From assembly GCF_001194135.2 (NCBI RefSeq), contig NC_069003.1:14868799-14901973 (forward strand): a stretch of DNA of 33,175 nucleotides, given 5' to 3'. Positions 1 to 11,454 of this stretch are shown piece by piece. This DNA is from Octopus bimaculoides. Its lineage: Eukaryota. The notes under the pieces are model-generated. The model saw only the letters and a program-made list of their open reading frames with translations, was not told the origin of the DNA and searched no databases. How positions within the stretch are numbered: position 1 is the first letter of the stretch; each line of letters starts with the position of its first letter. Position numbers and translations under genes: made by a program.

Positions 1-34
<34 letters not shown>

Positions 35-56
35 TCTATATATATATATATATATG
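1..56. repeat. (TG)n/(TA)n compound microsatellite
   Basis: Directly visible dinucleotide arrays. Confidence 0.95.
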
Positions 57-684
57 CACGCAAATATGCGTATAATATATAAACATATATGCATATATAT
101 ATGTATATAAATACATCGATGTATTCATAGCTATACTGCTTATGTAGAAGAAAACTGAATGTATGACGGAATAGGACAGCAGAGATTATACAGTGGGTTT
201 GTGCCAAATATGAAGATCATGTCTCTTTTCGGAAATGGAAGAGCTTGAAGTAGTCGCGAACATTCAATGGTGTTGGAGAGCATAAACATTAAACTTGTGG
301 TTGAGAAATAGTTATCTAACCTCGAGGACTGGAAGCCACCCGAATATTGGAGACTATTTAACTGTTGTTAATTCATGCCGGGTATCAAAATGCCAACTTC
401 ATGTCTGCTGCTCAATGCGCTGCGAACACTGTAAATAACATGTCACTCGTTTTATTTGGATAAGAGTTATACCAATCAGCAAAAACAAAACTGTGCGTTC
501 GAACGAAAAGGATTTTATTAATCCGAGCGAGAACGCACACATCATCCTTACCATCATCTTCAACAATACATTAAATTCTTCTGTCATAAGACTTTTTTTG
601 CGGATCTAAAATGATTTTGTTTGACTTCTGGTTCACTCGAGTAGAACTTCATTGAGTTTGACTTGTGATGGAGTCGAATTGTTA

Positions 685-750
685 CACTAAAGGTGGTGCT
701 CCAGCATGACCGCAGTCAAATGACTGAAACAAATAAAAGAATAAAAGAAT
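685..750 (+). mobile_element. SINE family A, 3' tail fragment
   Basis: cactaaaggtggtgctccagcatgaccgcagtcaaatgactgaaac...aaagaat matches the tail seen in the other family-A copies (e.g. 19244-19300 on minus); followed by (TA)n. Confidence 0.85.
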
Positions 751-766
751 ATATATATATATATAT

Positions 767-871
767 AGTGAAGACACGTGGATTAGTGTTTGGGGCATTC
801 GACTCTCGATTGTAAAGTCGTGAGTCCAATTCCCGGCGACGCGTTGTGTCCTTGAGCAAGACACTTTATTT
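767..871 (+). mobile_element. tRNA-derived SINE head (family D), 3'-truncated
   Basis: Degenerate A box (tggattagtg) and B box (gagtccaattcc), followed by gttgtgtccttgagcaagacacttt, a conserved post-tRNA motif of V/Meta-type SINEs (recalled). Confidence 0.7.
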
Positions 872-3335
872 CTGCGAAAGTGAACGTTTCAATTTAAATT
901 AATGTCAATATAGATGTTTAATCTTCGTTGCTGGTTTACAATCACCATCGGATGCAGACATTTGTACTAAACTGTTGTCACATTTAAAACAATGACCAGA
1001 AAAGATAGCACAGCAAGCCAGCGAAGAGTGCCAAATGTTAATAACCTTGAAGCACGACACGAAGACAATTGAAATGAGTGACAAGTTACTAAGTTTAGAG
1101 TCAGTAAATCAAGTGAAAACAAATCCTAAACCACTACCTATTGAGAGAATAAAGAAATACCGGTTCTCTTCAGCCATGCTGGGTTTTCAGTGCCAGACGT
1201 TATGGAAAGTTTTACCCCTACAATCAACACAAGTGTGAATTATACTACAAGTTCGGTTAAGAGGAAGGGTTTTGTTTGCCTGATCATTCAAAGGAAGTAA
1301 GAAACAAGTCTCTTCCTAAGTATTCGGCTCGTTACAAACCAAATAATCAAATTAATACTATTTATGTCGGTTTTAAAGTGGATTTCTGTTTTTTAAAAAG
1401 CAATAAATGATACCCCAGTTTAATTACAGTTAGGTACTGCATCTGAAATCACGTCGGTTTCTTGCAAAACTTGGAGGCATCTTAGCTGCCACCAGACAGG
1501 TGAGACAGAACACATTGCCAAAAATGCAGCAGGTGATAATTTAAATCTCATTGGCATCATCAAGTGCAAAGTACATTTTGATTCAAACTTTCAAATGGAA
1601 CTTGTTACGTGACAAATCGACATGACACTTAGATTTACTTGGTTCAGCATGGATTACTGAGGTGGACATATGGACGTTGAACTCTGTTTGCTTACATTCA
1701 AATACCCCGAGTGGTTCTATCAATAGTCTATTTCAAGTTGCATCATCTGTTTCACATTTGCTAAAGGAAAAATAATCACCCATTTTCAAAGACTCGTTGG
1801 TGTGTTGCAAGTTATATAAAGCAAGTTTGTCGCTAAAACCTGATTCAAAGCTTCGCTGACCATATCCATATGCAGTCCATTCCAAGATTGACAAAAATTT
1901 AGACTATCTTATACAATTAGACATAATAACAACAATTAACTATTCAACTTGGGCAGCACTTATTGTGGTTTATAGGAAAGCAAACGGTTCTATTTGCCTT
2001 TGCAAAGATTTTTCGACTGGATTATATGAAGTCTTAGAAGACCACCCCTACCCTCGACCTAGTCTTGAAGACATTTTCAGCAAGTTTAATGGTAGTCGCT
2101 ACTTCGCAAAAATCGATGTGGCTGATGCTTTCTTACAAATAGAAGTTGATGATAACTCAAAACAGCTGTTGACAATTAATACTCTCCGAGGTCTTTACCA
2201 ATATCAACGATTACCATTCGGAATAGAAACGGCTCCAGCTATATTTCAACAAGTTATGCATACAATGATTGCAGACATATCTGGAATTGCAGCGTAATCG
2301 GACGATACTATAGTAACGGGTTCAATGAATGAAGAATAATTTTATCGATTGGATACTCTTTTCCATAAAATGAATTCATTTGGTTTTCAAACAAAAAAGG
2401 ACAAATGCAATTTTTTTGTAACATCAATAAAATATTTTGGTTTCATTATAAACAAAGACGATCGTAAACCAAACCCAGCAAACGCAGAGGCAGTTCTGAA
2501 AGCATCAGCTTCATCAGATGTTAACAAGTTGAGATCGTTTCTCGGAATCTTTAGCTATGTTCAGTTTGTTCCTGCTTTCCATGAATCGTTTGGGCGAACC
2601 TTTAAACCAACTACTACAGAAAGATATAACGTGGAACTGGACATCAACATGATGCAAAACCTTTGAAGAAATATAATTATTATTGTAATTTGATTTATTA
2701 CTCACCCATTATGACCCGAAAATGGAAATGATACTGGCCGTAAATGCTTCGGATTATGTTATCGGAACTGTCATATCCCATGTATTTCCAGATGGTATGA
2801 GCAGCATGCACAATTGCCTTTTCGGTACGTCGACGAGTTTTAATCAATTATGCAAAACGAATACTATAAATCATATTTTGTACCTCCCTACCATCCTCAG
2901 TCTAAAGAGCAGCCAGAGAGATTTGTTGATGCTTTTAAAAGGGAACTTTTGAAATAAGAAGCAATACCCAAGCTTTTTACTGGCTTACCTAAGTATTTCT
3001 AGTCTAAATGCTCTTGAACAAAAGTCACCTGCAAAACTTAGGTTTGGTAGAAAAATACGAACAATTATGTAGAATATTTTACTTCATAATCGTAGAAAAG
3101 AAGCAAAACGAGATTTAAACGACCAGTACAAGAGGTACCATGAGACAGTTCCATGCTGGACAGCCAGGATGCGTTCGGCAATTTAGAAAGGAAAGCTTAA
3201 TGAAGTCGCCTTGTATAGCTTAAATGCGAAGAGGAAAGTTATTTACACAATTCAAGTGGATAATCAAATTGGGACAAGACATTTTAATCAACTGAGAAAA
3301 AGAAGAAAAACTTTGAATAATAGAGATCGAAGAAG
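872..3335 (+). mobile_element. Ty3/Gypsy LTR-retrotransposon internal relic (K02A2.6-like gag-pol), multiply disrupted
   Basis: Manual translation: gag RCLIFVAGLQSPSDADICTKLL (~905-970); decayed Cys/His knuckle (~1165-1280); protease LQLGTASEIT (1424-1453; catalytic D->G); RT NYSTWAALIVVYRKANGSICLCKDF...YQRLPFG...APAIFQ with YLDD decayed to *SDD (2295-2306); RNase H start [19 protein letters not shown] (~2740-2796); integrase PYHPQS...ERFVDAFK and FGRKIRT, ending RHFNQLRKR (~3305). Many stops and frameshifts. Confidence 0.93.
1770..2700 (+). pseudogene. Gypsy reverse transcriptase plus connection domain, inactivated
   Basis: ORF-track fragments 1965-2297 and 2349-2666 carry RT motifs, separated by TAA at 2295-2297 and a frameshift. 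Confidence 0.9.
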
Positions 3336-3339
3336 CGAA

Positions 3340-3550
3340 ACATCCGGTGTTGATGTGTTTGCGTCGTCGCAACTTAGCGGTTCGGCAAAATAGCTCGATA
3401 GAATAAGTACTGCGCAAAAGAGACCGATAGAATAAGCAGCAGGCTTACAAAGAGTAAGTCCCAGGGTCAATTTTTTCGACTAAAATACCATGCAATGCGC
3501 TGCTCCAGCATGGTCACAGTGAAATAACTGGAAGCAGTGAAAGAAATACT
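3340..3550 (+). mobile_element. SINE family A, 3' half, inserted in the Gypsy 3' region
   Basis: aacttagcggttcggcaaaa...gatagaataagtac...tgctccagcatggtcacagt matches the family-A 3' half at 19244-19440. Confidence 0.85.
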
Positions 3551-3644
3551 AGAAATAAATATGTGTTATTCCAAATATATATTCTTTAAAATTAAAATAT
3601 ATATTCTGAAGTCTCCTGTCTTGGGTTCAAACCTGGGAAGGAGG

Positions 3645-3649
3645 TGAGA

Positions 3650-3687
<38 letters not shown>

Positions 3688-4042
3688 AAATATAAAAAAC
3701 AAAATAAAATAAAATATATAAACTGTAGACGAGAAAGGAAGAAAAACAGAAAGAAAAAAGAAAAAGTCTTTTTTTTTATGAAGAGAAAGTAATATCGACC
3801 ATATGAGGCCGGTTTAAAGCGAGGGAAGGATACCAGAAAAAAGAAAGAAAGAATAGATAGAGGCTAAATCGCCTGGGAGGGTGATATAGATGCGACCTAT
3901 TGAGTAATGATATTACAATTCTGTCATGACAGTTACTTTAAGGTTATAGCTATGTTTAAGCAGGTGTTGTATTAATTTTGGCACGCGTTATATCAATAGC
4001 ACACTGGGTTGTCAGTTACCCAACTATTACCTATCTTTGACA
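3645..4042 (+). mobile_element. Candidate 3' LTR of the Gypsy relic
   Basis: Purine tract gggaaggagg (3635-3644) is immediately followed by TG (3645-3646); a possible CA end lies at 4041-4042. No second LTR copy was found to confirm it. Confidence 0.3.
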
Positions 4043-4044
4043 TA

Positions 4045-4221
4045 CGCACACACACACGCGCGCGCGTGCACTCGTATATCATTATAAACATACATTCACA
4101 TACATACCCACATTTATATATATATATATATACAGCACCAGGCTTACATGTTCAAACATACAGTGTATGAGTGCGAAGATATGTATGAATGTAAGTCTGA
4201 TGCTGTATAAATATGCATGTG

Positions 4222-4253
<32 letters not shown>

Positions 4254-4834
4254 TGAATGCATATATATATNNNNNNNNNNNNNNNNNNNNNNNNNNNNNN
4301 NNNNNNNNNNNNNNNNNNNNNNNNNNNNNNNNNNNNNNNNNNNNNNNNNNNNNNNNNNNNNNNNNNNNNNNNNNNNNNNNNNNNNNNNNNNNNNNNNNNN
4401 NNNNNNNNNNNNNNNNNNNNNNNNNNNNNNNNNNNNNNNNNNNNNNNNNNNNNNNNNNNNNNNNNNNNNNNNNNNNNNNNNNNNNNNNNNNNNNNNNNNN
4501 NNNNNNNNNNNNNNNNNNNNNNNNNNNNNNNNNNNNNNNNNNNNNNNNNNNNNNNNNNNNNNNNNNNNNNNNNNNNNNNNNNNNNNNNNNNNNNNNNNNN
4601 NNNNNNNNNNNNNNNNNNNNNNNNNNNNNNNNNNNNNNNNNNNNNNNNNNNNNNNNNNNNNNNNNNNNNNNNNNNNNNNNNNNNNNNNNNNNNNNNNNNN
4701 NNNNNNNNNNNNNNNNNNNNNNNNNNNNNNNNNNNNNNNNNNNNNNNNNNNNNNNNNNNNNNNNNNNNNNNNNNNNNNNNNNNNNNNNNNNNNNNNNNNN
4801 NNNNNNNNNNNNNNNNNNNNNNNNNNNNNNNNNN

Positions 4835-4879
<45 letters not shown>
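4045..4879. repeat. (CA)/(TA)/(ATGT) arrays, assembly gap 4271-4834, then (AG)n 4835-4879
   Basis: Directly visible. Confidence 0.95.
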
Positions 4880-4883
<4 letters not shown>

Positions 4884-5601
4884 TGGTCGCTGTTTAGAAT
4901 CAAGCATTAAGCGCAAACTCGATGAGGAATATTTATAGCCCAGATGAAACAATACAAGTGTATGTTAGGTAGGAAGAAGGTGGTTAGCGCGACACGCATC
5001 ATGATTGAATGGGACATGCTTGAGTAGAGAGAATATAAAAGGTGTGACGATAAAGCGACGTTGCACCTCCACTGGACTATGCAAACAATATGAGTTCCAA
5101 GCCACATCACTAAGAAATGGTATCGGGGCAAACCAAAGAAGGTCCTAGAAAATCAAACTACGGAACACTTGTTGGAGTTATCAATCCAGAATGACAGAGC
5201 GCTTGATCATGAAAGGACAGGTATAACTTGGTGATGAAAGATGATGTAAGGAGGATTTTGTTGATCGATGTAGCTTGCCGAGGAGATCATTATATCGATG
5301 GTAAACGAAACAAAAAAAAATCATACAATATGAAAAGAATAAACGTCAAGATAATGTGCAATATGAAAGCAAGATTGGTAAAATATTGTGAGTGGATCTG
5401 TGACTTCGATCTGTGACATAATGCCTTCGGAAGAAACTTGACACGCTTGGAATGTGTTCCAACATTACGACATTGCAAGAAACAAAACTTTTGCGAACAG
5501 CAAATATCCTGCAATAAGTAGTCTACCTGAGATTGCACAGCTTGACAGGGAGTCATTTACACGATGCAGTGTTTACAGGATCATTACTGTGCAAAGGAAG
5601 G

Positions 5602-5602
<1 letters not shown>
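4880..5602 (+). mobile_element. R4/Dong-clade non-LTR retrotransposon, 3' fragment (zinc knuckle + restriction-like endonuclease + 3'UTR)
   Basis: Translation: KCMLGRKK..ATRI..EW (decayed CCHC), REYKRCDDKATLHLHW, KWYRGKPKKVLEN, SIQNDRALDHERTG (RPD decayed), LLIDVACRGD, ...RTANIL. This is the typical R4-clade C-terminus. Followed by (AAT)n. Confidence 0.85.

Positions 5603-5634
<32 letters not shown>
5603..5634. repeat. (AAT)n, about 10 units
   Basis: Directly visible. Confidence 0.95.
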
Positions 5635-5636
5635 GT

Positions 5637-5808
5637 TGGTGTAAGGGATAGTCGATTACATCAACCTCAGTCTGGTACTTAGTTTATCGACCTCGTAAGG
5701 ATGAAAGACAAAGTCGACCGTGGCGGAATTTGAACTCAGTGTAAATACGGACGAAACGCCGGTTAGCGTCTTGTCCGGCGTGCTAACGATTCTACCACGT
5801 CACCTCCT
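5637..5808 (-). mobile_element. SINE family B (tRNA head + Deu/Nin-like central domain)
   Basis: Minus strand reads ...gtagaatcgttagcacgccggac...ctgagttcaaattccgcc..ggtcgactttgtctttcatccttacgaggtcgataaactaagtacc. B box present; the central part resembles the Deu/Nin domain (recalled). Confidence 0.85.
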
Positions 5809-5845
5809 AAATACTACTACTACTAATAATAATAATACTAATAAT

Positions 5846-6475
5846 GTTGTTGGCACTCCGTCGCTTACGACGTCGAGGGTTCCAGTCGATCCGATCAACG
5901 GAACAGCCTTCTCATGAAATTAACGTGCAAGTGGCTGAGCACTCCACAGACACGTGTATCCTTAACGTAGTTCTCGGGGAGATTCAGCGTGACACAGTGT
6001 GACAAGGCTGACCCTATGAATTACAGGCACAACAGAAACAGGAAGTAAGAGGGAGAGAAAGTTGTGGCGAAAGAGTACAGCAGGGTTCGACACCATCCCC
6101 TGCCGGAGCCTCGTGGAGCTTTTAGGTGTTTCCGGNNNNNNNNNNCGGAACAGCCTGCTCGTGAAATTAACGTGCAAGTGGCTGAGCACTCCACAGACAC
6201 GTGTATCCTTAACGTAGTTCTCGGGGAGATTCAGCGTGACACAGTGTGACAAGGCTGACCCTATGAATTACAGGCACAACAGAAACAGGAAGTAAGAGGG
6301 AGAGAAAGTTGTGGCGAAAGAGTACAGCAGGGTTCGACACCATCCCCTGCCGGAGCCTCGTGGAGCTTTTAGGTGTTTCCGGTCAATAAACACTCACAAC
6401 GCCCGGTCTGGGATTCGAAACCGCGATCCTATGACCGCGTGTCCGCTTCCTTAACCACTGGGCCATTGCGCCTCC
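5846..6475 (-). mobile_element. SINE family C, full length, with apparent 237-bp internal duplication across a 10-N gap
   Basis: Head ggaggcgcaatggcccagtggttaagg...ggtttcgaatccc (A and B boxes) at ~6400-6475; tail ...gacggagtgccaacaac. 5899-6135 is nearly identical to 6146-6382. Confidence 0.85.
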
Positions 6476-6665
6476 ACAATAATGATAATAATAATAGTAA
6501 TGATAATAACAGCAACATCAGAATATCGATTATAATATCTAAAATAACAATTATGATGATAATGATGATGATAGCAACAATGTCACCCGTCTTTAACATA
6601 GCAAAAACAATAGAAACAAAAGCAACAACAACAACTACAGCAACAGAAGAAGAACAACAATAACA
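6476..6665. repeat. Degenerate (AAT)/(ATG)/(AAC)/(AAG) low-complexity tract
   Basis: Directly visible. Confidence 0.85.
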
Positions 6666-6764
6666 AACGCGTTCTTATCTTCCTTGTGAATGGGGAGATT
6701 CTCTCTAGAAACAAAATCAATTTGCGTAAAAGGTAAGAAAAAAATGGATATACAACAGGAAGAA

Positions 6765-6855
6765 ACATATGTGTGTGTGTGTTTGTGTGTGTGTTTGTGT
6801 GTGTACGTGTGTGTGTGTGTGCATGCGTGCATGTATGTGTATCTCTGTCTGCGAG

Positions 6856-6931
<76 letters not shown>

Positions 6932-7770
6932 NNNNNNNNNNNNNNNNNNNNNNNNNNNNNNNNNNNNNNNNNNNNNNNNNNNNNNNNNNNNNNNNNNNNN
7001 NNNNNNNNNNNNNNNNNNNNNNNNNNNNNNNNNNNNNNNNNNNNNNNNNNNNNNNNNNNNNNNNNNNNNNNNNNNNNNNNNNNNNNNNNNNNNNNNNNNN
7101 NNNNNNNNNNNNNNNNNNNNNNNNNNNNNNNNNNNNNNNNNNNNNNNNNNNNNNNNNNNNNNNNNNNNNNNNNNNNNNNNNNNNNNNNNNNNNNNNNNNN
7201 NNNNNNNNNNNNNNNNNNNNNNNNNNNNNNNNNNNNNNNNNNNNNNNNNNNNNNNNNNNNNNNNNNNNNNNNNNNNNNNNNNNNNNNNNNNNNNNNNNNN
7301 NNNNNNNNNNNNNNNNNNNNNNNNNNNNNNNNNNNNNNNNNNNNNNNNNNNNNNNNNNNNNNNNNNNNNNNNNNNNNNNNNNNNNNNNNNNNNNNNNNNN
7401 NNNNNNNNNNNNNNNNNNNNNNNNNNNNNNNNNNNNNNNNNNNNNNNNNNNNNNNNNNNNNNNNNNNNNNNNNNNNNNNNNNNNNNNNNNNNNNNNNNNN
7501 NNNNNNNNNNNNNNNNNNNNNNNNNNNNNNNNNNNNNNNNNNNNNNNNNNNNNNNNNNNNNNNNNNNNNNNNNNNNNNNNNNNNNNNNNNNNNNNNNNNN
7601 NNNNNNNNNNNNNNNNNNNNNNNNNNNNNNNNNNNNNNNNNCACACCCACCCTTAAACCCACCCACCCAAGACACACACACACACAAGCACACACACATA
7701 CATAGAGATATGCACACTCTTTATCTCTCTCTCACACACAAAAGATACATACGTTCACACATGCATACAT
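6765..7770. repeat. (TG)/(CA)/(TA) arrays flanking assembly gap 6932-7641
   Basis: Directly visible. Confidence 0.95.
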
Positions 7771-8233
7771 CTAAATAATGAAAATCCCCATACATAACCG
7801 ACGCTATAATTCAAAATCAAACTCCAAACATACAATCACCAAAGCAATATCATAAATTTTTATTGTATTACAATTTAAAAACAAAAAAAAAAGGAATCTC
7901 GAGGATTCAGAATGGCGTGCTCGTTTCTGTACGTATATTCTTGTACAAAGGAGCGGCACAGCTTTTGTTCGTATATATGTATGACAGGCGGAGGAACAGG
8001 AATTTATGCAATGAACTTCATTAGCATATACGTGTTTCTACTATAAGATCTAAAAGCATTCAGGTCTAAGTGCACTTCAGCCTATAACAGAAAAAGCTAT
8101 AAGCTAATGAAGCACAATTTTCAGATCCTCTGTCATTCATTTAAGTTCATTCATTGACGCTCTGTACTCATGTAACGTTATATTTTAATGCATATGTATT
8201 CTGAGTTGTGTATTTGAACAACATAGATAGATA

Positions 8234-9505
8234 CGAGGGTGGGATGAAAAGTTCATAGGCTGACTATGAAGGAGTGATGATATAGCTCTGAAATTCAGCA
8301 TCTTTTAGTTTCAATCCTTCTTATTAATAGATGTATTGTTTCTTTCTAGGTAAACTGACATCTCACTGTTCAAAGAAGACTTCAAATGTTTCTGCTAGTG
8401 ACGGCTCTTGAAAAATCGAAACACTTTAGCAGCGTGGTGTTATCAATTCCCTGCAGAAAATGGGTTTAGTCGCCATGGGCCATTCATGCTGCCATGGTTG
8501 ATACATTAGTGAACGAGGTTTCAGATTTATGAACAGTGAAAAAGTGGGCAGCTAAATTTGTGAGGGGAATCGAGAGTCTTAAATATGACCAAAGTTCTGG
8601 ACATCCTGCAATTGCCACCACCGAAGAAAACATTAATCGTGTTCACCACATGGTCATAAACAAGCGACTGGATATAAACCAGATAGCCAATTTCATTTTC
8701 ATATTCCGTGACAGAGTTGAAAATATGTTGCACAATGAAGTTAGCATGATGAAGGTCTCTGCTCGTTGAAGGCCATGTCATCTGACATCAGATCAAAATT
8801 GCACCGGGTAAATCACATCACGGGAAAATCTGATATTGTTTCAGACTGATCCAGCTGGTTTCCTTGAATGTTTCCTAATCCAGAATGAATGTTTAGTTCG
8901 TCACTTTTAGCCAGAGACAAAGAGACAATCTATGCAGCAGAAACTCCCCTCATCTGCTCCAACCTAGGCTAAGACCATTTCATTTTCAGGGAAGGTGATG
9001 GCCTCAGTCTTTTTGGGATGCAAAAGGCTTTGAATTTATTGACTATCTTCAAAAGGGCCACTCTATCAATGGAAGGTATTATGTCAACTTGCTGGGGCAT
9101 TTATCAAAGACTATCAATACTAAAAGCCCGAGAAAACTGACGAAAGGGGTCTTGTCTCATTAGGACAATGCTCCGGTACACAAGTTCTTGCTCGCAATGG
9201 CTGCTGTGCGTGACTGTGGTTTTGAACTGGTTGTCTCCCTATTCTCCTGATTTGGTCACATCTGACTATCATCTGTTCCCCGAAAGGAAAAACACTTGGC
9301 AGGGAAGGAGTATCGCAGTGATTATGCTGTCATATCTGCTGGTGATGACCAACGGGATGAAAGATTCTTCACCAATGGGATTCAATCCCTGCAACACCGC
9401 TGAAAGAAGTGTGTGTACTGGAAGGGAGGTTAGTTGAAAAATAAACCTCATTTGGTCGCATGCCATGAGCATTGGTCAGCCTATGAAAATTTCAGCTGAC
9501 GTTCG
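8234..9505 (+). mobile_element. Full-length decayed mariner (DD34D) transposon, 1272 bp, TA TSD
   Basis: 31-bp TIRs at 8234-8264 and 9475-9505 (24/31 identical by hand), flanked by TA at 8232-8233 and 9506-9507. Transposase relic ~8415-9443: VKKWAAKF, KVSAR*RP (WVP motif), GKVMASVFWD, H*DNAP, YSPDLVTSDYHLF. Confidence 0.95.
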
Positions 9506-9639
9506 TAAAGATATATGAAATACCATAGTACGTAAATTCGTGATTTATTGAAATTATCTCCGCCTCTAGAGGACGTATTACAATTACCAAATGGCATCTA
9601 TGACCTGCTCGATTTGAGGAAGGGAGATAATCTCAAGAA

Positions 9640-9828
9640 TAGTTGCGTGTATGATTGTATATGTGTGGGATGCGAAGGTGTATATATGTTTGTATATATA
9701 TGTGTCTTTTGAAGTGTAATAAGTTCACCTGTGTGTGCATGAACGGTGTGCACTCGTCATTAGGAATGAGTTAGCGTATGTGTTATATGTTTGTATCTCT
9801 GTTATCTGTGTGTATGTGCGTGTGTGTG

Positions 9829-9863
<35 letters not shown>

Positions 9864-10145
9864 CGGTTTGGCGCACAAGTGTATATTGTGTACATATCAG
9901 TATGTATGTGTGCATTATTGTGGATAAGTGTACCTGTGTATAAGTAATGCGTATCACTCTATGTGCTTGGATGTGCGTACGACTGGCATCATGTCTGCGA
10001 GTGAGAATGGGTGTTTGTGTGTATGTGTGTGAGAATGCATGCATGTGTATATGCGTATGTGTACATGTGTATATGTCTGTACATGTATATAAATATATAT
10101 ATATATANNNNNNNNNNNNNNNNNTATACACATTGTGTGTGTGTC
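9640..10145. repeat. Degenerate (TG)/(TA)-rich tract with 17-N gap (10108-10124)
   Basis: Directly visible. Confidence 0.85.
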
Positions 10146-10829
10146 TGGTGCCGTTTGACATTTTAAAAGCTGTATCGTTGAAGTTCAGTAATGATGGCAG
10201 ACATGCCTTCCAGTTAAACACTTGATCTTATACTCTAACAACGGAGCCCCAACGTGGTCGCTTGCTCTCCTAGAAATAGCAGTGATGTCTACTTCACCTC
10301 ACGCGCTAGCGTTTTAGAACGAAAGATACATGTAATAAGGTCATTCTGGATATACGAGAAAGAGAAGGCCGCCACAACTGGAACATTTTTGATCTTATGC
10401 CTTATTAGTAAGGAAGAACTCACCCCGCAACCACCATCAGCAGCGCAACAACAACTGCAATCTGAAAGGAATGTGTATGTGGTAATTACGTCTGATGGAA
10501 AAAGCAGTTAAGTCTTCCTCAAACCACAGATATAGTGCTGCAAAAATGCCGTGGGCGATATCGTTTTCTGGATATGTAAAATTTATGATGGTCATATCCA
10601 GAACAGCTTTGTCTATAAGTCCGCTTGATTAGAAGATGGCTTCGTTTAAACAATAACAACATCACGAGCAAGAACAACAATATCAGCAACAATCGAAAAA
10701 TGAGCTTGTACTCAAAAGTTTGACCTGTTAAAAGTAGCAGGCAAATCTCCCTCAAACTAATAAAAATAATGATATTTTAGACAAAGCCGTGATCTAGATA
10801 CGCAGCGTCCCACGGCCTATGGAAGGCGG

Positions 10830-11070
10830 TTTTCAATCATGTGGTTTCAGGTTCAGTCCCAGTGCGTGGCACATTAGTAAAATGTCTTCTACTGCAGTGT
10901 CAGGTCAACCAATGCCTTGTGTGTGAATTTGGTAGACGGAAACTGTGTGGAAGCCCGTCGTATATATGTATGCGTGTGTCTTTGTGTTTGTGCTTGTTCC
11001 CCCCATCCCCTTTGAGAACCCCGTAACTTGGTGAGTCCTGAAGAGACTGATAAAATAACTACTGTACTTA
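10830..11070 (+). mobile_element. SINE family A, degenerate (5' half, short microsatellite, partial 3' half)
   Basis: ggttcagtcccagtgcgtggcac...tttggtagacggaaactg..gaagcccgtcgtata matches the reverse complement of 19565-19720. Confidence 0.85.
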
Positions 11071-11362
11071 ATATTAAATATAATTACACCACTGACTTTC
11101 CAAACACCGATCGTCTGCATCCTCTTATAATCCGCTCTAATTCACGAGGCCCCCAGACTAGTTTGCTGGTCTTTTGCACAGTACAGTATTAATAATCTTG
11201 TATCATTTATACTAATATACACGTGTCTGTATTTCATTGAATTATTTCAGTAAATTTAATATTTGTTTAATTTGGTGATGACAATTTCTAGTTCGAAAGA
11301 ATCAGTAATCGAAAAAAATCTTCGGAAAGAAAGAGTTCGGAGAATAGAGGTTGTAGCTGTAT

Positions 11363-11442
11363 TGAGGTCGATTTGTTCGATTAATTCCTTCAAGGTGGTG
11401 CCACAGCATGGCCGGTGTTCAATGACTGAAACGAGTAAAAAG
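11363..11442 (+). mobile_element. SINE family A, 3' tail fragment
   Basis: gaggtcgatttgttcga...ttcaaggtggtgccacagcatggcc...aatgactgaaacgagtaaaa. Confidence 0.75.
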
Positions 11443-11454
11443 ATCCAGACAAAT

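Noticed and set aside
130-684. Possible Gypsy gag N-terminus (DFINPSEN, VIRLFLRI) or a Cys-rich CRVSKCQLHVC motif
   Set aside because: The similarities are short, mutually inconsistent and interrupted by stops; left unassigned.
6400-6475. tRNA-like sequences with A/B boxes (also 767-840 and 19660-19726)
   Set aside because: They are SINE heads continuous with SINE bodies, not genuine tRNA genes.
4082-7778. Long ORFs of 200-370 aa
   Set aside because: They are composed of N-gap (X) runs and dinucleotide translations (HTHT, YIYI, RERE). The same applies to ORFs near 15-16 kb, 20 kb, 25.5 kb and 30.5-31 kb.
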